The notes under the pieces were generated by a model that was given only the letters and a program-made list of their open reading frames with translations, ran no database searches and had not been told where the DNA came from. From positions 1 to 31,370 of the IMG/VR virus record IMGVR_UViG_3300033076_000282: 31,370 nt of DNA; one strand, given 5' to 3'. Positions 16,434-23,956 of the stretch are shown one piece after another; within the stretch, counting starts at the first letter, position 1; every line of letters begins with the position of its first letter. The position numbers and the translations under genes were made by a program. The stretch is from a virus. Lineage: Duplodnaviria; Caudoviricetes.

Positions 16434-16882
16434 TACTTGACCCTTGTCCACTCGATCTGCGTCGCGTCGAGGATGCGGATGATCCGCGCGAAATACTGCG
16501 AGCCTACGCCATGTGCGCCCCAGGCACCCGTCTCGGTATCGAACGCGTCGTCGGCGATGGCACCAGCTCCGACTCCCTCGACAACGCTTAGATAGATGAA
16601 GCACTCAACTCGCGGAATTGAGATCGTGAACGCGCCGACATTCGTGCAACGCTGCAGGAACCCGCGATTCGGGTCCGGTGTCAGAACTGATCCGGCAGGG
16701 ATGTTGCCGATGTCATGCACCGCCTCGGCCCCGTGGATCAGCGCATTCTGCAGACCTGCCTCCAGCGCGAGCGAGCGTCGGTCAAGCCGTAACAGCTCCT
16801 GCCGCATCGCGGTGAAGAACTGGTGCATTTCAGGCTCCAGCCCCGGCGGAACGGCCGGGATGCCGATACGGCGGATCGTCAT
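16433..16882 (-). CDS. Hypothetical virion-associated protein
   Basis: Probable start ATG 16882 (ATGA overlap with the nozzle stop), 149 aa. IPAVPPGLEPEMHQFFTAMRQEL N-terminus resembles small proteins that follow podophage nozzle genes. Confidence 0.55.
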   Translation of the reverse strand: MTIRRIGIPAVPPGLEPEMHQFFTAMRQELLRLDRRSLALEAGLQNALIHGAEAVHDIGNIPAGSVLTPDPNRGFLQRCTNVGAFTISIPRVECFIYLSVVEGVGAGAIADDAFDTETGAWGAHGVGSQYFARIIRILDATQIEWTRVK

Positions 16883-18690
16883 GCCATACTCCCACGGAGT
16901 TCTTCGTACGACGTGGTCAGCGTGATCGAGCGAACGCGCAGATTGCCGGACAGTTTGATCTTGAGTTCCCGCGAGCGGAACGCAGGGATACGAACAGGGG
17001 CCATGCTCGTGATGTTGAGCGAGGCCATGAGTTCTTCCTTCTCGCCCAGCAGCTGCACGACGGCAGTGACGGTCGAACCTTCCGGCGGAATCTCGTTGAG
17101 CAGCGAGCCGTTGAACGCGAAGCTGTTGATCTCCGATCCGTCGAAGTAACCTTCGGTGTTGGCGATCAGAGCGTTCTCGGCCAGCAACTCGGCAACCAGC
17201 TCTGCGTAGACATCGTTTTCCTCGATATCTTTTTCGGACAGGTCCAGACGCAAGATAGACCAAGAGATACTATGGTCGAACCGGAACCGCTTCGAAGTCC
17301 ACTCGTAGATGTACGGGTTCACCGCATCCACGTCGAACTGGTAGATCGTGTCGTTGTCGGGGTCGAGATAGTACAAGTTGCCTTGCTCGACGTCCGTGTA
17401 GAAATCAGCCGCGCGCTCAGACAAAAACGCCAGCGACGGGAAGTCATCGCGTGAGATGACCATCGTGCGGTTGCCGCGGATCGACGACGCGAACGTGGCG
17501 AAATACTTACCGTCGTAGATCGTACCGACCATCGTCGTCGGAGCGTATTCCTGCCACTCGTCACGACGGAAGAGAGAGTTCGTGATGACGCCGCGCTCTT
17601 TGGGGCCGATAGCCACGAGCCCGTTCGGGCTGGCGTACAGCGCGCCGTAGGCATCCGCCGCGATCGAGCGTTTCGAGATGCACGGCTCCGGGATCGGTAC
17701 CTTGTCAACGGTCAACTCGGATGGCGAGTTACCCACCATCAAGTAAGGTTGTCCCGTAGTCATGACGACGAGCGTGTTACCGTAAGACGCAAGCCCGACG
17801 ATTTTATCCGGCACCGACTGGCGATACTCGGCAGGCCATGCGTGGTGGAAGTACGGCTCACAGAAATACACGGAGTTGCCGACAAACCCCGCCATCATAC
17901 CGTTGGCCATCGAGGTCAAGCCCTGGAGATCATCCGGGGGTGTATCCCATTCCGTCGTAGAGAGCGCCTCGCCCAGTGCAGGTGCCAGCAGGTTGTCGAT
18001 GTAGCTCGTAGTGGCAACCGGTATCTCCGCCACAAACGCATACGTGCCGCCAGCCTGCTCGCCGGGCAGCGTTCGGTAGATGCGCCGGTGCGTGATGTTA
18101 TATGCGCCCGACGGCAGCGCCGCAAACCCGCTCACCGTCACGCGTCGCCCAGTGGCAATCGTCACAGATGCGGATACAGGAGATGGTGCGGATTCCTCAG
18201 TCAGTGTGCCGAAAGTCGAGACATGCGTATAGACATAGAACCGCGTCTCGGGGACAGCCGACGAGCCTGATGCAGTATCGGCCACAGTCGGTGCGGCGGA
18301 AGGAGCAGGCACGCCCATTTCGAGATAAGCGTCGGGATACACAGCGCCCACAGTATTTGACGCCAAGTCCCAGTTTGTTTTCTTCGGCGTACCGTCGCCG
18401 GTGTAGTAAAGCCGGAAATCCGTTGTGTCATCGAGCGACGACCTGCACACATCGACATCGGTCTGCCATGTCAGCCAGACTTCGTCGTCCAAGGTTGGAT
18501 TGTAGAAGCGGTAGATCGACAGCGGAGCCGTCATGAGTGGGGTGTACTCTAGCGCGCGCCCGCGCCATGTGCGCAGCTCGCCAGAGTAGAGCTTCACGTT
18601 CTCAGCGACCGTTGCCTCGGTAGGCTTAAGCATCGTGTCCGAGGTGCGCGGGACTTCGCCACCGAAATTTTCAATCTTCAATACCGGCAT
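16879..18690 (-). CDS. Tail nozzle/stabilisation protein (P22 gp10/T7 gp12 functional class)
   Basis: 603 aa, beta-rich. MPVLKIENFGGEVPR...L...A..AEN N-terminus; YVYTHVSTFG..EESAPSP; RRIYRT; VYFCEPYFHHAWP; CISKRSI; YASPNGLV; position upstream of ejection proteins. Confidence 0.72.
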   Translation of the reverse strand: MPVLKIENFGGEVPRTSDTMLKPTEATVAENVKLYSGELRTWRGRALEYTPLMTAPLSIYRFYNPTLDDEVWLTWQTDVDVCRSSLDDTTDFRLYYTGDGTPKKTNWDLASNTVGAVYPDAYLEMGVPAPSAAPTVADTASGSSAVPETRFYVYTHVSTFGTLTEESAPSPVSASVTIATGRRVTVSGFAALPSGAYNITHRRIYRTLPGEQAGGTYAFVAEIPVATTSYIDNLLAPALGEALSTTEWDTPPDDLQGLTSMANGMMAGFVGNSVYFCEPYFHHAWPAEYRQSVPDKIVGLASYGNTLVVMTTGQPYLMVGNSPSELTVDKVPIPEPCISKRSIAADAYGALYASPNGLVAIGPKERGVITNSLFRRDEWQEYAPTTMVGTIYDGKYFATFASSIRGNRTMVISRDDFPSLAFLSERAADFYTDVEQGNLYYLDPDNDTIYQFDVDAVNPYIYEWTSKRFRFDHSISWSILRLDLSEKDIEENDVYAELVAELLAENALIANTEGYFDGSEINSFAFNGSLLNEIPPEGSTVTAVVQLLGEKEELMASLNITSMAPVRIPAFRSRELKIKLSGNLRVRSITLTTSYEELRGSMA

Positions 18691-18937
18691 CGGGTGTCAC
18701 CTCAATAGCAGCTTTACGCGGGCGACCACCTCGCCGCTTTGGCGTAGGAGCAGATGACGTGGCAGCAGCTCGTGGAATAGAAACCGAGTTGGCCAGCTCC
18801 ATACCCGCAGGCGTCCACGCAAACACACCGTTGCGCATCTTGCCGAGCGAGACATGCTTCTTGTCGATGCGGACGATCGCCTCGCCACCGACAGTGTAGC
18901 CTTTGAAGTATTCCACCAGCTGCTGCCACGTCACCAT
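18671..18937 (-). CDS. Hypothetical protein with AT-hook-like basic tail
   Basis: 88 aa, purine-rich RBS (AAGGGAAAG) upstream; C-terminal PKRRGGRPRK. Confidence 0.55.
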   Translation of the reverse strand: MVTWQQLVEYFKGYTVGGEAIVRIDKKHVSLGKMRNGVFAWTPAGMELANSVSIPRAAATSSAPTPKRRGGRPRKAAIEVTPDAGIED

Positions 18938-18940
18938 AGT

Positions 18941-19039
18941 TTACTTTCCCTTCTTGGATTTGCCGGGCTTCATGGGTTTGCCCATGCTGCCTGCCGGAAC
19001 TTTACCGCCCGAAAACGGGGGCTTCATACCTTTGCCCAT
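18941..19039 (-). CDS. Very small Lys/Gly/Met/Pro-rich peptide (32 aa; absent from the ORF track)
   Basis: RBS GAGGAG upstream of ATG 19039. Translates to MGKGMKPPFSGGKVPAGSMGKPMKPGKSKKGK and fills the gap between its neighbours. Confidence 0.6.
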   Translation of the reverse strand: MGKGMKPPFSGGKVPAGSMGKPMKPGKSKKGK

Positions 19040-19057
19040 GTGGGTTCTCCTCGAAGG

Positions 19058-19249
19058 TTAGGCGGGCTTCTTACCGCCATACGGTCCATCGTGCATCGAC
19101 GCTTTGGGGCTCGCGCCCTTCGACGGCATGCACGACTTCCCGGCCGGGCCAGAATACATGTGCGGGGTGTATTCGCCTTTGTTCGGAACTTCCGACATCG
19201 GCTTCACCGGGCTCATGGCCTTAGCCTTGTAGGGGGAGTTGGTCTTCAT
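19058..19249 (-). CDS. Small basic, likely disordered protein (63 aa)
   Basis: RBS GGAGAGAG before ATG 19249; MKTNSPYKAKAMSPVKPM...GPYGGKKPA, rich in Lys/Pro/Met/Gly. Confidence 0.6.
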   Translation of the reverse strand: MKTNSPYKAKAMSPVKPMSEVPNKGEYTPHMYSGPAGKSCMPSKGASPKASMHDGPYGGKKPA

Positions 19250-19262
19250 AGTCTCTCTCCTA

Positions 19263-19691
19263 CTACCACAGACAGTACCAACATGGCCCTGTCTGATTCC
19301 GGTACTGCTTCGCACGCTGCTTTTTCTCAGCAGGGGTCAGCGGCACAAACTTATAGTTCTGGCGGAGGTCGCGCATCTGTGATGCCTTGGCCGCCTCGAC
19401 CTTCTTATCGCAGTTGGTCTTCGGGGACAGCAGCGACGCGCCCACAAAAATCGCAACGATGACAAACGTGATGCTCGCCCAGTTGTCGAGCATGTCCTTC
19501 ATGCCGACCCACAGGACATCGCGGAAGAACCAGACGATCCCCTCGCTGACCGCCTTGGCGATCGGAGACAGGAACTCACCCACCACACGCGCAAGCGCCG
19601 GTGCGAACAGCATCAGCAGGAGAAACCCAACGATGCCGCCGAGTCCGAGCCATGCGGCCCAGGACGAGATGCTTTGAAGGAGTTCGATCAT
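19263..19691 (-). CDS. Membrane protein of the lysis cassette (holin- or spanin-like)
   Basis: 142 aa, at least two hydrophobic segments and a basic C-terminal tail ending CWYCLW; coupled (ATGA) to the endolysin stop. Confidence 0.55.
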   Translation of the reverse strand: MIELLQSISSWAAWLGLGGIVGFLLLMLFAPALARVVGEFLSPIAKAVSEGIVWFFRDVLWVGMKDMLDNWASITFVIVAIFVGASLLSPKTNCDKKVEAAKASQMRDLRQNYKFVPLTPAEKKQRAKQYRNQTGPCWYCLW

Positions 19692-20425
19692 TTTGCGTAC
19701 CCTGACGGCAGATACCGTCCCTCTTGGTAATCGGCTTCGGATTCAGACTGCACCCACCGGGTGAGGAAGAACAGTGCCACAAGTGCACCGATCGCAATCC
19801 AGCCTGCATTCTCATCGACGAAGTGTGCTGCCTCGCCCCAGAACTCCATAACCGCCGCAGTCGAAATGCCGAGACCGGCGAGCCACTGGCGCAGGCGCTT
19901 GAGGAACGTGAGTTTCCGCGAGGCTTCCGGCACAGTCGGTGCGCGGCCCTCGGTTTCAAACAGCCGCTTCTCAGCTTGGCGACGGCGCGTCAGTCCGCGA
20001 ACCACGCGACCCCCGGCCTTGTTGTAAAGGAGGAACGCGTTCGCGGCCTTGTCCCAGTCCTCGTTGTTGACGTGCTTGATGAGCGTCTTGGCCTTGCCGA
20101 TGCCCATGTTGTATGACAGCGAGACAAGCGCATCGAACTGGTTCTGCGTGAGCGGTACGGTGACGACGTTCTCGACGGCGCGCTCGTGACGGGCAACCAT
20201 CTCACGGAGCTTCTTCTCCGCGTAGCGCCGCGTCCAGACTGTGCCCTCGGTAACCTCGGGTCCGGTGTTGCCCCAGCCGATTGTCCACAAACCCTTGTAG
20301 CCTTTCGACCACAGAGCCGGGCGCGGGAGCTTGTCGAGGTACGCCTTGCAGTCCCCGTTCGGGAGCCGCGTGTGATAGCCTTCGAACGACATAATGAGCC
20401 CGAGGCCCACATCACTGATCTGCAT
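19688..20425 (-). CDS. Endolysin, GH24 (T4/RrrD-like) lysozyme with C-terminal membrane segments
   Basis: IMSFEG (catalytic Glu), AYLD, WTIGWGNT, LTQNQFDALVSLSYNMG, YNKAGGRVVRGLTRRRQAEKRLF; C-terminal hydrophobic stretches. Confidence 0.9.
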   Translation of the reverse strand: MQISDVGLGLIMSFEGYHTRLPNGDCKAYLDKLPRPALWSKGYKGLWTIGWGNTGPEVTEGTVWTRRYAEKKLREMVARHERAVENVVTVPLTQNQFDALVSLSYNMGIGKAKTLIKHVNNEDWDKAANAFLLYNKAGGRVVRGLTRRRQAEKRLFETEGRAPTVPEASRKLTFLKRLRQWLAGLGISTAAVMEFWGEAAHFVDENAGWIAIGALVALFFLTRWVQSESEADYQEGRYLPSGYAK

Positions 20426-20804
20426 TGGAGCCTCCAGTAATCATAAGCTGCTGCGGCGGTGCGGTGGCAGCGATAGCCTCAGCTACCTTCTGCGTCGCGC
20501 GGATGCTGGCAGCGGTGTACTTCTTCGCCTCTTCGTGCTTGGCGTCCTGCTCCTTGCGGAGTTCGTTGACGGCACCCTCGACGAAGCGAGACTGCTGCGC
20601 GTTCTCGACCATCATGATCGGCAGCTGCGCTAGTGCACAGGACCAACGATCGACCTCAGCTCCGGTGTTTTGGTTCTTCCCGCGGATGTGCATCCACAGA
20701 GGACACAGGTGACAGACCTTGCTCATCTTCGACGGCCCGAGCGGGTTGGCCAAAGTGAGTGGGCAGTTCAGTCCTTCAGGTCCGCGCGGTATCGGGTTGT
20801 CCAT
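20412..20804 (-). CDS. Conserved Cys-containing phage protein downstream of a fibre gene (possible assembly chaperone)
   Basis: 130 aa. NCPL...CHLCPLWMHIRGKNQNTGAEVDRWSCALAQLPIMMVENAQQSR pattern followed by a coiled coil. Confidence 0.6.
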   Translation of the reverse strand: MDNPIPRGPEGLNCPLTLANPLGPSKMSKVCHLCPLWMHIRGKNQNTGAEVDRWSCALAQLPIMMVENAQQSRFVEGAVNELRKEQDAKHEEAKKYTAASIRATQKVAEAIAATAPPQQLMITGGSNADQ

Positions 20805-21769
20805 TACGCATCCTTGGTCGCGAGGTAGAAGTCGACGTAGTTCACGTCGAACGGGATAGTCGTCTGTGCGCCACCGCGCGCCGTGCTGCCAAACGCTGCC
20901 GTGATGCCGGTCGTTGCGACAGTGGATAACGGGCCTGCGTTATCTGTGCCCGTGCCGGTAGGAGACCACACGCTCTGCTGGTTTGAGTCGTCGCAGGCTT
21001 CCGTATCCATCTTGGTGCGATGCTGATGCCCAGGGTCCGTGATGGTGATGGTATGATCCGGCAAGTGCGTAGCGAGGATAGTACGCGCAGCGAGCAGCGT
21101 AGTGAACTCGTCGCCCGCGTCGGCCTTCTGCGACGGCGTGCCCGAGACGATGCGGATTGCAGCGTCGTTGTACGTTGTGCTCTTGGTCCAGCCGGTCGGA
21201 ACTGACGCCTGCCGAAACAGCACCCCGACGCCAGCGTTGAGCGCGTCGATCTTGCGCGAGGCCATGAGGCTTCCGTTGGCGCACGAGACGGTGCCCGTCA
21301 CGGTGAGGTTGCCGCCGATGGTCTCGTTACCCGTAAGCGCAAGGTCGCCGCCGATTGAAGCGTCATCCGTTACAACGAGGTCGTCGCCAACGGTGATGTC
21401 GCCCGAAGCTGTGATGTTGCCAGTAACCGTCTGATTGCCGACGAATGTATTGGCACCGTCGAGCTGTGCGAGGTTGTCGTAGACGGCCTTGATGAACCGA
21501 AGCTCAACAATATCGCTGGCAGCAAACGACTTTGCCGTCGTGCCGTCCTGCGCACGAACTACCGTAAGCGTATCAGTCGATCGAGCTGTAACCTTCATGA
21601 TCTCGCGGGCGCTATCCGAAACACGCACCACGGTGATAAAGAAGTGCTCCCCTGCACCGGGCGATGGGAAGAGCGCACCCTGTCCCGACCCAAGCGCCAG
21701 CGTGAGCACCGTATCGTTAATCGACGAAGCAAGCGCGCCGACCGCGTTATTGGCTATCAGGACTGCCAT
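20804..21769 (-). CDS. Short tail fibre/spike-like virion protein
   Basis: 321 aa. N-terminal ANNAVGALASSI...EIMKVTARSTDTLTVVRAQDGTTAKSF module, 6-residue beta repeats (TVTGNITASGDITVGDDLVV...) and collar-like LFRQASVPTGWTK. Confidence 0.68.
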   Translation of the reverse strand: MAVLIANNAVGALASSINDTVLTLALGSGQGALFPSPGAGEHFFITVVRVSDSAREIMKVTARSTDTLTVVRAQDGTTAKSFAASDIVELRFIKAVYDNLAQLDGANTFVGNQTVTGNITASGDITVGDDLVVTDDASIGGDLALTGNETIGGNLTVTGTVSCANGSLMASRKIDALNAGVGVLFRQASVPTGWTKSTTYNDAAIRIVSGTPSQKADAGDEFTTLLAARTILATHLPDHTITITDPGHQHRTKMDTEACDDSNQQSVWSPTGTGTDNAGPLSTVATTGITAAFGSTARGGAQTTIPFDVNYVDFYLATKDA

Positions 21770-21800
21770 GTTGTATCACCTACTTATCTCAAGTTGTCGC

Positions 21801-21819
21801 ACCCTAACATGTTGAGGGT
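21801..21819. repeat. Imperfect palindrome in an intergenic gap
   Basis: ACCCT-AACATGTT-G-AGGGT: dyad symmetry with one bulged base, immediately after the stop of the 21819-22283 gene. Confidence 0.4.
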
Positions 21820-22283
21820 TACTCTGCCACTGGCTTTGCCTTCTGGAGTTTCCGCTGGATGGAGTCCATCTCCCCCTCGACCGAGTCCAGCGTACCGCTC
21901 AGACTGTTGGTCGTCTCCGTCGATACCCCGTTGATGCTGGGGCACTTGAAGCCTTTATTCTGGTTCTCGGCTTGTGCACAGAACAGCCGGAAGTGCGTCG
22001 TGGTGAACCGGTCACTGACGCCATACTTGAGGCCCTCGGCCAGTTGCTGGATTGAAACGGCGAGTCGCTCAACCGACGACACGACGGTGTCGATGCGGTT
22101 GTCGATGCGAGAGCGTTCCTCCGCAATGAAATAGGTGAGCGTAACGCTCGACATGACGACGGCAATGACCGCCACCGACGGCAACGTGAGGCTACGCGCG
22201 TCGAGGGTTACCGGACGAGCCTGATCGTCGGTATCCATGTCAACGGTGTAGTGTCGCCGGGATGGCGGTCGCTGCTTGGTCAT
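21819..22283 (-). CDS. Single-TM plus coiled-coil membrane protein (holin- or i-spanin-like)
   Basis: Probable start ATG 22283 (AAGGA upstream). TM segment VAVIAVVMSSVTLTYFIA, coiled coil, and two Cys (FCAQ...FKCP). Confidence 0.5.
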   Translation of the reverse strand: MTKQRPPSRRHYTVDMDTDDQARPVTLDARSLTLPSVAVIAVVMSSVTLTYFIAEERSRIDNRIDTVVSSVERLAVSIQQLAEGLKYGVSDRFTTTHFRLFCAQAENQNKGFKCPSINGVSTETTNSLSGTLDSVEGEMDSIQRKLQKAKPVAE

Positions 22284-22284
22284 A

Positions 22285-22455
22285 TCACTCGTCCTTGGGT
22301 TCGTCCTCCGCCACCGGGGCCGGGACCTGGATGCTCTGCGCAATGAGCTGCTTCTGAATCGCCATCCATACCGGAGCAGCGACCTTCATCGGGAGTTCCT
22401 GCAACGCAGCGCCGATCACCTTTATCTGATCGGAGGTCAGTTCGAGCTTGGTCAT
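22285..22455 (-). CDS. Small phage protein (56 aa; absent from the ORF track), possible fibre-assembly factor
   Basis: RBS GAGGA before ATG 22455. MTKLELTSDQIKVIGAALQELPMKVAAPVWMAIQKQL... resembles the L..LP.K..A....I..Q small proteins seen beside phage fibre genes. Confidence 0.7.
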   Translation of the reverse strand: MTKLELTSDQIKVIGAALQELPMKVAAPVWMAIQKQLIAQSIQVPAPVAEDEPKDE

Positions 22456-22498
22456 ATTGTCCTCTACGTTAACGTCTTAGGGTGTAATGGTCATAACA

Positions 22499-22954
22499 CT
22501 ACTCGATCGTCGCCGCCACCCTAAAGAGGTCGTCGATCTGAGTTTCCGACAGGCCCAACGCAGGACCTAGCGTATTGATGAAGGGGCTGTGCCGCTGGAT
22601 AACCGTCGCATACTCCCACGCGATGCGGGCGGCGGCAGGAGTGCCGGGGTTAGCCATTAAGGTCTCGACTGCGTCAAGCAGCCCAGCATTTAGTAGGGCC
22701 ACGCGCGCCTGATAGGGCGAGACAACAGAGGGAATCTCAAGGGCAATCTCTTCCAGCACGGGGCGACGTACAATGAGGCCATCCTCCAGTGTATCGACCC
22801 GCGCCGTCTCACGGTATCGCGACGCATCATAGTCACCCAGCCGAACCTCCACGCGATACCACGGGGGATCAGGAAGATCAGCGTCAGGTGCATAGACCCG
22901 CTGCTCCACAATCTCCCCGTCCACCCAGTGCGCGTAAGTGATTGGCTTCTTCAT
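22499..22954 (-). CDS. Tail fibre assembly/chaperone-like protein
   Basis: Probable start ATG 22954 (ATGA overlap). C-terminal PSVVSPYQARVALLNAGLLDAVE...AWEYATVIQRHSPFI..LG.ALGLSETQIDDLFRVAA, a typical fibre-adjacent domain. Confidence 0.7.
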   Translation of the reverse strand: MKKPITYAHWVDGEIVEQRVYAPDADLPDPPWYRVEVRLGDYDASRYRETARVDTLEDGLIVRRPVLEEIALEIPSVVSPYQARVALLNAGLLDAVETLMANPGTPAAARIAWEYATVIQRHSPFINTLGPALGLSETQIDDLFRVAATIE

Positions 22955-23955
22955 GACCATGCTCCGTTCTGTGCGGCGGTGTTGCTGGCCATCGGCCAGC
23001 ATGCGAAGTAACTGTTGACCTCCATCTGCGCTGCGGCGGCGGTCTGGAGGGCGATCGAGGGTATGATCGTGCCTGCAGCGTTCACGCGGAAAATACCGCG
23101 GATAAACACATATGCGCCCGTCGCAGTTCCGGCCGGAACAACGTTCGATGACGACGCCGACGCCGCGACAACCTGACCGCCCTGCGCACCAACAGTGGCA
23201 ACCGCAGCATCACCGCCAGTACTGATATACTTCACACTTGTCAGCGTTGCAGTCCCACCACCGACAAGACTAAACTGAAAGTTGCCGGACGTGGCACTCA
23301 TGGCGCTGATGTGCAATAACGCCTCGAAAAAGTAGGTTGTTGAAGCACGAACTGTAAGCGTGTCGTCGGCCGCCGCAAAGATAGCCTGGACCGCCACCGA
23401 GTTTGTGAGCGCGCGGCTGGCCGTCAGCGACGTAAACTGTATTGGGGCCAGCTGCCCCTGCACCGAGTCGGGACAGTCGGGCAGCGAAATGAATGCGCCC
23501 TTGTTAGGCGAGCCTGACTCAAAGAAGCGCAGCTGGTTTCCAGCAACGTCAACCACGATGTCGCCGTTGATTGTCGTACCTGACGCCGGGACCTGGAGCC
23601 GCATCTCACCGCCTTCGAACCCGGAGGTGCGCAGGAACCGTGACGCATTCGGAAGGTCTACCGTACCACCCGCAAACGTCAGTACATCGTTTGCGTGCGT
23701 AATTGTCATGTCTCCGTTGAAGTCGATGACCGCACCACTGGCAAGGTGCAGGTCTGACCACTGCAGAGACGAAGTCCCTAACGCCGTACCATCATTCACC
23801 GCGGGCGAGAGCGCGGCGCTTGTGAGTGTCAGCTCCGTCGCATAGATGTCGAGAACCGTCGCCAGCTCCCATGCCGTACCGTTATACACCCACGTCCGAC
23901 CGTTGTAGGTGTACGTGTCGTTGAGCGCAGGCGCAGAGGGAAAGTTGATCGCCAT
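22951..23955 (-). CDS. Secondary tail fibre/receptor-binding protein
   Basis: 334 aa. N-terminal MAINFPSAP..NDTYTYNGRTWVYNGTAW module, a segment homologous to the long fibre, and a beta-rich C-terminal domain. Confidence 0.68.
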   Translation of the reverse strand: MAINFPSAPALNDTYTYNGRTWVYNGTAWELATVLDIYATELTLTSAALSPAVNDGTALGTSSLQWSDLHLASGAVIDFNGDMTITHANDVLTFAGGTVDLPNASRFLRTSGFEGGEMRLQVPASGTTINGDIVVDVAGNQLRFFESGSPNKGAFISLPDCPDSVQGQLAPIQFTSLTASRALTNSVAVQAIFAAADDTLTVRASTTYFFEALLHISAMSATSGNFQFSLVGGGTATLTSVKYISTGGDAAVATVGAQGGQVVAASASSSNVVPAGTATGAYVFIRGIFRVNAAGTIIPSIALQTAAAAQMEVNSYFACWPMASNTAAQNGAWS

Positions 23956-23956
23956 G

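Noticed and set aside
16434-17263. Longer ORF-track starts (16604 for the DDxxD gene, 17263 for the 149-aa gene; likewise 29538, 23002, 22343 and 19315 elsewhere)
   Set aside because: These extensions overlap upstream genes; internal ATGs with RBS or stop-start coupling give a cleaner tiling.
21795-21801. TGTCGC resembling a reported SciP-associated DNA motif
   Set aside because: Short, imperfect and common in GC-rich DNA.
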